The notes under the pieces: model-generated
What the model saw: only the letters and a program-made list of their open reading frames with translations
Told to the model about the DNA's origin: nothing
Databases searched by the model: none
Assembly (NCBI GenBank): GCA_043228905.1
Contig: JBHGNT010000003.1
Span: forward strand, 20,770,001 to 20,834,000
Direction of reading: 5' to 3'
Length of the DNA stretch: 64,000 nt
DNA from: Azolla caroliniana
Taxonomy: Eukaryota > Plantae > Polypodiophyta
In this document: positions 15,001 through 27,000 of the stretch, piece by piece
Layout: every line of letters starts with the position of its first letter
Numbering within the stretch: position 1 is the stretch's first letter
Made by a program: the position numbers and the translations under genes

Positions 15001-18000
15001 GGCAGCTGCGAACTTCATCACATCAGCTACAGATTGAAGTAGGCAAATATACATGACTACCTCTAGAAGAGAGAATTTGCCAATTGTGTCATCAAGGAGT
15101 GGAATCTGAGGAACACTATGTTTGTCATTGTAGTGTCTTTTATGAAATCAGAGGGGGATACCATTGACTCTTTAAACAAGGTTTTGGCTCACTATGCAAG
15201 GTAATGGAATATGAGAACCAACGATGCCTAGGACTTTTCTTGCTAGAGCTCAAGAGACATCGGGAAAAGTTGTTGAAGAATACAGCCACACAAGCTCATC
15301 CACAAAGAACAATCACAACTTTCTTTAGCCCCATCACTCCTACTAATGCTACAAGTCCATCACGGGATACACAAATGGGCTCCCGACCAGGACATAACAA
15401 AAGGGCAATAGCAATAGATCGGGCAATAGCAATTTGTCGTACACGTAGGCCCCAGCCCCATGGACCCCGACCTTAGCACCCTTGTCATTGACAGATAAAG
15501 GCCACTATCTCCCGTCATCGCAGGTGTTTGCCTCGCTTCGGAGACTTCTCCATTCTGGATCAACCTATGCTAGAGATCTTTCAAAGACAGACGTTATAAT
15601 ATGTCTAACTTGAGAATCTCGCATGTGCTGAAAACTAGATTCCTTCGTCTCTTTTTATATTATTTACTTTTATATTTATTGAGTAATATTTATTTTATTT
15701 TGATTTGTTGTTCTCAAAGACAAGACAACACTTAAAATGTAATCTCTTGTTTGATCTTATAGGCCATTTTGACCTCTTAAAAGACGTTAATATATCTTTC
15801 TTTCTTTCCTTTATCTTATATGTTGTTTTTTCTATTTTTCATTTTATCAAAAGAAGCAGATAAAGAAATTTGTTAATGTATTGTGTCTCCTCTAGGATTT
15901 TTACAAATGCAAAATGTTACGCGCCTCAACATGACAACATTATCCACAATTTCTCTGGAGAATATTCTACATAGAAATCACAGAGAGTACCAGTAAGTAA
16001 CCGCTACTGTATAGAATGATCTCGCTAATCATAGCATAATCTGGTACCATCATGGCAACTGTGCGAAATAGTGCCTTCAAATTATCTGGAAGCTCACTTC
16101 GCCCAGCATATCCAGGGTTCATTGTAATAAACACATTACATGTAGGCTTCAATGTTAACTCAGTTCCTTCAAACACAAAGGTTCTCACTTTATTCTGTAT
16201 CGCAAGCTGAATTTCAAGCACCTGTAACATTGGTAGAGAATTCAAATTGTCTTCCCAATAAGAGGGAATACAGAAATTTATGAGATCTAGAACAGAAAAA
16301 GGAAAACGAAAGCCTCAGCCAAGTAGAAATAACTCGAGATTTTGATATGCATAAAAGTAAGCTACAGTAAAGTATTTTACGAGTCCAAAATGGCCTAGAA
16401 GACCAAATAAGGGGTTATATCTTACAATGTTTTCTCATCTTTGAGAACAGCGAACCAGAATAATGCAAGAGGTGAGACACGCAAAGCATTCATTATGAGC
16501 TAATCTGGATAAAACAGCCCCAACATAAGACAAGGAAACTACAATCCTGGAGTAAGCTATTTTCTAATACTGAAGCAGAAATGATATATAAACAATGTCT
16601 GCAGATTGCAGTATCTTTCACATCTGAATTTGGTAAGAAAAACATAGTTCAACATATCCCTATGTTTACTACAGACTTGATCTGTATGTGCCTAGAGAAG
16701 AACTGCATACCTGTTGCGCAATAACTGAAAGGACCTCCAAGTCAATACGATTAAATTCATCAAAGCACGCCCAAGCACCAGAAGCTGCAAGTCCTTTAAA
16801 GAATTTTGCCATGGCAAGATAGTCTAAACTGTCACTGCAGTTGAAAACAACACACTGACGAGCTAGAGCCTGTCATATTGAAATCATGACAACGGAATAA
16901 GTTACAGAGTACACTTATTTTGCAACCTACATTACTGCTTTTGATATATAGCAACTTTTTATTTATTTAAAGGAAGACAACGACAACATAGCCTGGGAAG
17001 TTGAATAACAAGTTTACATTCAAAAGGAACACTACCACTCTGAGAGGCAAACCACATTCCAACAACTTCTTAACTAACTGATACAGCTCATTTCCACATT
17101 ACACGGATTATTACTCAAACTACATAATAAAAATGGCACCCAAGCACAGTATGTAAGTACAAGGATGTTACATCAACATATATGCATATATAACAACTAT
17201 GAAATGTAGAAGAAATGTATTATATTAACATTGAAGCAGATCTTATTCAGATGTACACCTTGGCAAGATCCTTAGTTGTTTCTGTCTTTCCTGTTCCTGC
17301 AGGTCCTTCAGGAGCACCCCCAAGGTTTAAATGTATAGCGCCCATTAACGTGCGATAACACCTATCAGTTAATGGAGTAATCACAAGTCTGCTAGAGTTA
17401 CCCAGGTATTCGTAACCATACTCACGTGAGCAATTCATCATGCGAACAAAACATGTTTCTTTTTCCCAGTACATCCGCAGCTGGCTTTGCCAAAGAAAAT
17501 CTGATTCAGTCTGAACACCTTCCTTAGCCAAACGTGCAACTACATCTCGAGCATGGACATCCATGACAACTAAGGCACTGAGAGTGGCACGATTTAGCTT
17601 TGTTAGATTTCCTCTTACTAATGAAACAATATTGCCAAGCTGCTCTGTGCATTTCTTCTCAAAATCACTTAGAGAATTTCCACCAATGAGGATACTCTCT
17701 GTAAGCATTCTCGTCCAGTAAATTGCACTTACAACGAGAACAATTTGTCCAGGCCACTGAAGAACCCAAGTTTCACGAGGAGCCTTAGCGTATGCAACCA
17801 CAGACTTTTCACATTGATCTTGCAATGACTGCAGCATTCCTTCCTCTACCTGTTCATGTATAGCTGTAAATCAAAGTTAATCGCTTTTCCAAAAACAGGG
17901 AACTATTAAACACTGTTCAATCTCTTTAAAATTCTCTGATCTTGAAGCTAATCTACAACCAAAGTGCAGCACATTGCTAGCCATTCAATAGAGAGAAAGA

Positions 18001-21000
18001 AAAATAAACCTCACCTGCAAGAGCCATTTTTCAACAGCACCTTGTGCTGTCTTTGGATTGAACTTGTCTGTGAGTGCCACAACTTCTCCTTCAGCAGAAA
18101 TCATTGCAGTAACATCAAGGTTTTTTTCAAATCTTAGCGCATTGATGCCCTCAAAACACTTCTTGAGATGTGGTTGGACCCGAAGAGGGTCCTTCGTTTC
18201 TGAAAGAATCTCCAGCATTTCATCATTGGACAGGAAAAAGAACCTTGGAAAAGCCACCCTTTTCACCTGGAAATTAAGGAAATTAAGTTGCACTATTTTT
18301 AGATATCTGATTGGCATCACTAACAAAACGATCAATAATTACCAGTCTGCCACTTAAATACCTCCAAGTATGATGCCAAACCCTTATTGATCGACTCAAG
18401 AAGCCTGTTAGCCTCCTTCAGTTTCTGTAACCGATCAAGATCCTTGGCAGCTTCTAGACAGTCAGGATTTGACGACGTTTTCTTCATCACCTCTCTCCAA
18501 CTTTGATCAACAGTGGAGAATTTCTCCCCTTCTTCTGGCATCTGTCTCATAATATCTTTGGAACCAAAGATTGGACCCAAGTATTGCCATGTCGCTTGGC
18601 ATTCCAGCCAGTTGTCAAGTAAATCCTGGGCAATTAATGCATATGCATAAAGATAATAATAAGAAACATATATGGCACATGAATCGATCTAAGGTTAATA
18701 AGCTGTTGTTTAAGATTCTATGCTTGAGAGACTATTGGATGCTATGAGAACGTAAGCACGCAACTTCCACTGTTCAAAGTGTTCTGTTCTACAGCTAATC
18801 ACAGTCGCAAGACAAATTTTGTTGAGCTCAATGTTGACACTAAGGATGTACCTGCATGTTTAGCACTAGAGTTCTCCATTTGCATGCTCTTTCTTCAAAA
18901 AACTTTATGAAAGGTGAAGCACACATAGATTGTATTTTTACAAGCTGGTCATCAAGAATTTGCTGGATATCATCTATCCCTCCCAATATAAAAGTGCCTG
19001 AGTCTTTATAAGGAAGAACCACAAATTCGATGCCAATCCAACCTGCAGCCATTTTGTCTAGAGTTCTTTCAAATGAATACTCTTTGCTCGCAACTCCAGC
19101 GATGGATTTTATCTGAACAAGAAGAAAACAACCATTCGAATAAAAAATGGTAATTCTGCATTCCTATACTGACAAATATCTAACATACATACCATATCCT
19201 CATAAGTGATTGAAGTAACAATTTTGCATATCATATTTCATTTACTCACCTAGATTTGAATAGGTTTTTCATATAAATCTATGGAAAGTGCATTTGCTTT
19301 ATCTATACCCTTCTGATGCAGGGTTGCAACATAAAAAAAAGCAAGAGACTGTAAGAAAGGTCAGTTCTTTCTTTTCAGATTTGTTACCTCTTCAAGTTTA
19401 GAAATGATTTCAAATTCAAGAAGATCATTAATGCTGAATTCAGCTTCTGCTGCATATGGTACTCCAAGAATAGTAAATATCTGTTCCCAATGTCGATCCT
19501 TCAATGCTTCGCTTGCAAGCTCCTCCACTAAAGGAAGTACCTATTAAAGGCAAAATAAAAACATTCATCCTTGCAACCTGGAAAGACTAAACATTTCTTC
19601 TTCAGAAACAGCAATACTAACTTTTTTGAAGTCATCAATAGTGTCTTTCAACCTAAACACAACTGTGTCTTCCTTGCTTGCCTTGCCCATTTTGTATGCC
19701 TCTTTCGAATATTCATCTGTTTTACTAATTATTTCCGGTCCATTCAATCTTCTCACATACCCAGTCCTCCAACTTTCCGTCAGTCTAATCCAATCATGTA
19801 GAGATCTCCAAACTCCAAACCTCATATTATATTCTTTTTCGGTCGTCGTCAGATTGCTCAAGTCATCAATGGCCATCTGAACATTCAAAAGTTTAGTAAG
19901 TTCAATCATGTAAGAAAACATAACAATTCGCAAAAGCTAGTAAATTTGTCAACATGGTCTATTGGAATAAATTTAAAATTCGTACGATATCAAACACTTT
20001 TATTATACTTCAACCCAAGCTTACGTATAAGGAAAAAGGTCAAATAGGTCTAAAATATACATTCGATGTAAAATGCGTGTGCCACTTCACAACAATGGCT
20101 CTATAACTGCAAATACATCGCATGTAGTACACAGGATATTTATTCTTTCATTTGGTGAACAATGGCTCTATAACTGCCAATACATCATAGGTCATGCACA
20201 GGATACATATCACTGATCACAACACCAGTTTTAAAGCAGTAAAGAGTCAGAGACATGCAGCGCATGGACACATGTATAAGGTACAGTTACAAATAAGTTT
20301 CCACTCAACGGTATAAGGGAGTGGGTGGCAGCCAAACAGAACATCTTTTCATAGAGATTAGCAGCTCGTCTTCGTTAACATTTTAAAGGAAAAGAAGAAT
20401 AAACTTGGTTCATAATCAGATTTGGAAGGTTGTAGTAGGGATTCGGAGGGATGCTGCATCAAAGGAAAGAAGACAGGTTTTTCTCACCTCATGGGAGCAC
20501 TTTCATTTTCATCCACCTATGCTAGAAAGAAAGAAAGATATATTAACGTCTTTTAAGAGGCCAAAATGGCCTATACGACCAAATAAGAGATTACATCTTG
20601 AGTGTTGTCTCATCTTTGAGAACAAATCAAAATAAAATAAATACTACACAGTAAATATAAAAGTAAATAAGATGAAAAGAGAAGAAACGAGGGAATCTGG
20701 TTTTTGGCACATGTGAGATTCTCAATGAGAAAGAAAGAAAGAAAGATATATACTCACATATTTTAAGAGGCCAAAATGGGCTATAGGACCAAACAATAGA
20801 TTACGTCTTAAGTGTTGTCTCGTCTTTGAGATCAATAAATCAAAATAAAATAAATGTTAGTAAGTAAACATAGAAGTAAATAAGATAAAAAGAAACTAAA
20901 GAATCTTGTTATCGGCAAATGTAAGATTCTCAAGTCAGATATATTCTAACTTTTGTCTTCGAAAGATCTCTAGCATAGATCGATCCAGAATGGAGAGGTC

Positions 21001-24000
21001 TCAGAAGAGAGGAAAGCACCCACGATGGCAGAAGGTAATGGCCTTTATCTGTCGATGACAAGGGTGGTGAGAGAAAGCTCATTGTTTGGGGGGAAGAAAG
21101 AAAGAAAGATACTGTGGTGTGCATGTGTGCACACCACAATACATTAACATCTTTTAAGAGGCCAAAATGGCCTATAATACCAAACAAGAGATTACATCGT
21201 AAGTGTTATCTCGTCTTTGAGAGCAACAAATCAAAATAAAAATAAATATTACTCAGTAAATATAAAAGTAAATAAGATAAAAAGAGATGAGGGAATCTGG
21301 TTTTCGGCACATGTGAGGTTCTCAAGTTAGATATATTGTAACTTTTTCCTTCGAAAGATCTCTAGCATAGGTCGGAAAAACAGAGTAGGTTATAGTAAAC
21401 AAGGGAAACTAAAGAGCTTAAACCGCCTCTACCCTTGTAACTATTTTAATCGAAGCAGGAATTCTCTTTCTTTTTCTTTAATGTGACTGTTTCATCTTCA
21501 TTGTCATTTTCGTGAACGTCACAGTTATCATCATTCTTGTCTCCAACATTGTCTTCATCATCATCCTCATCCTCCATCAATGTAGTTATCTCCATATCCA
21601 CCTACTTGTCCATCTCCATCTCCATCTCCATCTCCATCTACATCTTCATCATCACCGTCTTCATTCAGCCATCCCTCCCAATCCAAGACCCCCCTGGCCC
21701 CACTCCCATTTTCATACGTATGTGTGAGCAACCACAACAGTTCCTCTCAGCATCCTGATGGCATCACTGTGGCCATATGCGTTATGTATATTACTTTTAT
21801 ACCAGCCCCAGAATCTGGATACAGCAAATCTGAGAGATTATTCATACAGCTATTATAAAACACCTGTTTTCATAACTATATAGAAATAATGCAAGAAAGA
21901 AAGAAAGGTATATTAAAGTCATTTAAGAGGCCAAAATGACATACAAGACCAAACAGGAGATTACATTTTAAAATGCTGTCTCATATTTGAGTAACAGCAA
22001 ACCAAGATAAATGTAATTAAGTAAAAAAGTACATACAGATTAAGGCGTGACTAAAGAATGTCATAATCTATAGATGTAAAATTCTCATGAGAAGAACAGA
22101 ATCGGAAAAGAAATAGGAGAAGATGGTGACAGAATGTAGCAGCTGATCAATAGAATATTCATAGAAGCCCTCATCACATCTTTAATGAAGATAACCATCC
22201 CCCAAACCCCCAAGATTTCTCAAATGTGCCATATTTTGTAGCCATCTCCACAAGAAAACCTTTTCAAATAGAAATAAAAGCTCAGAATTTTTTTTCCACC
22301 TTTCAACAATACTTCATTTTCATTTTCCACAGAACTTAATCCCATGTATAGTAAACAAATAGGTTTGACCTGAAATAGGCGCTGATATCGAGCAAATGAT
22401 TCCAGCCTTGTTCGAATCTCTGTTATCCTTTCATTTTTTGATAGTAAGTCTGACACTATTTCTTCTGGATCTGACTCTGGAATTAAATACTTTCCTGAAT
22501 GCAGCAATCCCAATATATTTATGAGTTCTTCATTAATACTGGTTACTTGTCGATCTAATTCTAGCATTACTGAACTCTTGTTCTCTTCTATGAAAGAATC
22601 AGCTGCCTCGATAGAATCCCCATACTTTAGAACAGCATCATGCAGATCATCAAGCTTGATTTGATCATCTGTAGGAATTTTAACCTCATATGCAGAAAGT
22701 AATGAATACATCTCATCCACAACTGATGCCTCTGCGAGGACAGCTTTTCTTTTCTCCATTGTAACTTCGTAAGTCTATAGTATATAATAAGAAGTGAATT
22801 CAACATAATAACCATGCAAAACCTTTTGAGGTCTCAAAGTGATTAACAAGACCACTTTTTTAACATATTATCAGATTCAGTTCTCATTAGTATTGATTGC
22901 CTTCAAACCTTCATGAAGTCAACAAATCCATCAAGGTCATTCACCCTCGCACAAAGGGCATGTATTCTCTCTTGGAATTTGGCCAAGACTCTCAGTGTTT
23001 CCTCTCTCGCAGCTCCGAGTAAGAGACCTTTGATTGTATCAAGAGTTCTGGTAGTCACAGGCAATAAAGTGTTCCGCAATGACTTTGAATCCACATGCAG
23101 AACTCCAATAACACTGCAACAAGCTTTCAATTATCATGAAATCTAATGAACCGACTAAAATACTGCAATATATACAAAAGCAATACACAACAACCCTAAG
23201 TCTGGAAGCTGAGCGAAACCTTGCATAAGAAACCATTGTGGGGTAAATATTTCCATGAACGAAACCAGAGAGGCAGCACAAAAGTTTCCCCAGCTATGAA
23301 AACAGCCTTCCTTCTTTCTGTTTGCGCCTACAAAAGGGCCAGTGGAAGTATGCAAGTGTATCTTCATAGAATGAATCAACTCATACCACACAATGGGCAA
23401 TATCTCCAATGTAGACTGGCACTTATCACTATGTATGTGAAAAAAACAGCTTTTAAGGAAACACTACAAGGCAATGAAAGAAACTTTATAAACGATCACA
23501 TCTCCCGTGATTGTGCTCCAGAAAAACATCAGCCCTAATAAGATACATTACATGGTGATGATGGAAACTTTATAGGAGACCATATCTGTGTGATTGTACC
23601 CCATGAATCATCATGGGGTAGCATCTCCAAAGTGATTGGAATATCCTGAAGCTGTGAGCAAACAGAAATCTCTCATAGCTTTCTCCCCCATAATATAAGT
23701 GAGTACCTAGTTTGTGCTATAGCTGAAGTACTGTTGCCCCATTAGGGCTTGTTTTCACGTTGGACCCAATCCATGGATTCTGTTCATATGTTCCCTAAGT
23801 ATTTTCATCATCAAGGTCTCACAGGTGTTTAGTGGAAGTGATTCAGATCTAATAAACTGCATAAACACTGTGTGAGCATGATAAAAAACGGTCAAAGACA
23901 GCGAACCTAAAGCTCTAGTATGCGATCACTTGTACAACAAGTGAATTCATGACTGGCTCTAGCAGTTCATGTGCCCACTCACAATTTGTATTCGTTGTTT

Positions 24001-27000
24001 TATTATTTCAGTTAACAGGGCTTCTATTAACTGTTCATAAGGTCTATCAGAATCTCCCATGCATTCAATATAGACAACTAAATTGTGGCTTCTATATAAT
24101 GTAGGTGTTCACTATAGAAAGAAAGAAAGAAAGATATATTAACATCTTTTAAGAGGCCAAAATGGCCTATAAGACCGAATAAGAGATTACATCTTAAATG
24201 TTTTCTCGTCTTTGAGAACAAATCAAAATAAAGTAAATATTACACAGTAAATATAAAACTAAATAAGATGAAAAGAAAAGAGACGAGAGAATCTGGTTTT
24301 TGGCACATGCGAGATTCTCAAGTTAGGTATATTGTAGCTTTTTTCTCCGAAAGATGTCTATCATAGGTCGATCCAGAATGGAAATGTCTCCGAAGCGAGG
24401 GAAGCACCTACGATGGCGGGAGATAATGGCTTTTATTTGTCGATGACAAGGGTGTCGAGGTCGTGGTCCATGGGGCCGGGGCCTACGTGCACAGCAAATT
24501 TCCATTGCCCGATCAATCGTAACCCCATTGTTATATCCTGGTCTGGATCCCATTTCTATATCCTGGGGTTGACTTCTAGCATTATAAGTAATGGAGCTAA
24601 AGAAAGTTGTGATTGTTCTTTGTGGATGAGCTTGTGTGGTTGTATTCTTCAACAACTTTTCCCGATGTCTCTTGAGCTCGAGCAAGAAAAGTCCTAGGCA
24701 TCTTTGGTCCTCATATTCCATTACCTTGCGTAGTGGGCCAAAGCCTTGTTTAAAGAGGCAATGGTATCTCCCTCTGATTTCATAAAAGGCACTACAATGA
24801 CAAAAATAGTGTTCTTCAGATTCCACTCCTTGATGACACAATTGGCAAATTCTCTCTTCTAGAGGTAATCGTGTATATCTGCCCACCTCAATCTGTAGCT
24901 GATGTGATGAGGTTCGCAGCTGCCCTATCACACTACGCAGCGCATAGGATAGATGTATGTCCATATAAGGTGGCCTTATGACAAATCCATCCTCCGATGT
25001 ATGTAAGAAGTGTGTCTTATAGTGGGCCATCTTTGTACCAAGTGGTATTTTGGGGTTGATCCATGTTATCTTGTTTTCTAAGTTAATAATATCAGTTCGG
25101 ATCACTCTATTCTTTTCCACTTTGGTCATATTGAGATGGGGACAGTCCAAGCTATATTGGAACGGGGGTAGTGCATGTATACTCATGCCATGTGACTCGA
25201 ACCATTGCTGCATTTCAGCATACCAACAATGAGTGTCTCCATTTTCAGCCAGTTGTCTTGATGACATAAGTGCCAACCTTGGGTACCTTCATTTAGGGAG
25301 CTCCCAAAGACGTTGGATAAATGTCACTGATCGGAACAATGCCTCGGTTATTATAGGTGTTGCTCCCATCTCTGCCCGGATTATATCGTGGGGCACCGAT
25401 GCTTTGCTCCTTATCATGCGAGCAATCATTGACACTAAAGGTCTCTCTAAATCTTTCCAATGATTTGCCTTGTTAAGACTCGGTCCCCATGTTTCTACTC
25501 CATAGAGAAGAGTTGGTGTGACAAGTGTATCAAATAACCATAGCTTAGTCCGTGGCTCTTGGAACTGCAAATGAGCACATTGTCTTTTGAGAGCACCCAG
25601 GGCTGCATATCCACGAGAAAGTCGGGCACAAGCGGCCTCCTGTAAGGAGAACCTAGGTCCTGTAAATGTTACTCCTAGGTATGTGTAGGAGCGTGTGTAT
25701 TCCACCTTTTCCTCTCCCAAGAAGAATTCTGGTTCTGATCTTGTTACCCATGCTTGGGTGGTGTTAAACACCATCACTTTAGTTTTATTCATGTTGATTG
25801 ACAAACCTTTGTCCGTACAAAATAGTTTTAAGGCATTTAGATGTCTTTGTAGTCCCTCCGGAGAGTCAGAAATCAGCACAATATAATCAGCATATAGTAA
25901 TATCTGTATAGCTATACCTGCTAGGTGTGCTCCGGAACCACCAAATCTCTCTATGTACTGTGATACCTCATCTATATAGAGACCGAAGAGTGTGGGGGAT
26001 AGTGGGCATCCTTGCTTCACGCCAATTGTGCTAGCCACCGCCTCTGACAAGCCCTTAGGAGACCGAACTTTTCCTGAAACAGATTCAAAGAGTGCATAGA
26101 TTCCCCATTGCATATCTATAGGAACACCAATGGCCTCTAGCCGCTGCATAAGCCGAGCACGTGGCACAGTGTCAAAGGCTTTTCGAAAATCCACAAAGCA
26201 GCAATAAATCCTCTTATTGTGGGCTCTGCCCTCCTCAATAAGGGCCCGGAGGGTGAATATGTGATCCAAAGTTGTGAAACCCTTCCGAAAGCCTGCCTGT
26301 CCAATTGAACGGCAGCCATTTTGCTCTGCCCATATACTCAATTCTGATTCCAGAATTGAGCCATATAGTTTAGCCAAGTAATGGCCAATCATGATTGTCC
26401 TATAGTTGCTTGGCAGCATGGGGTCCCCACTCTTGAGGATTGGCACAATGGTATGCTGAGTCCATCTAGTAGGAAAACCTTTGGACATGGCTCTATTAAA
26501 GATGTGTGCTAGCAATGGGAGCAAGGTGTCACGGCCATAGATAAAGTGTTCACCCACCAATCCATCATGATCTTGGGCCTTCCCAAATTGTAGCCTATCA
26601 ATGGCATTTCTTACATTTTGTGGTGTAAAGAAGGTTGATTCATGTGGGCGTGAGGCATTCGGGTGGGGAAGAGGAGGTTGCCCCGGGATGTCATATAGGA
26701 CCTTTGCATATTCGTGCCATACCTGAGGTGAGGTCAGTTGTGTGGTGGGTTGCCTCTCATTAAACAGTTTCCATGCTCTTTTACTCTCTCGTCCTAGAAA
26801 CAAGCGATACAAATGATCTTCAAATTTAGCCAAATACAATCTCTTCTTCCTCCTTACGAGGTGTTGGAAGGTTGCTCTCGCTTGGTTGTGTGTATAAATG
26901 CCCCGAGTTACATCACGTTGCAAGCATCTCCTTGTATCACGACATTCATCATCATACCAACTATTTTGTATTACTCTACCGAGTTTGTAAATGTAATCTG

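Noticed and set aside
23743-23812. C/D box snoRNA
   Set aside because: A UGAUGA is present in one copy only and there is no suitably placed CUGA D box
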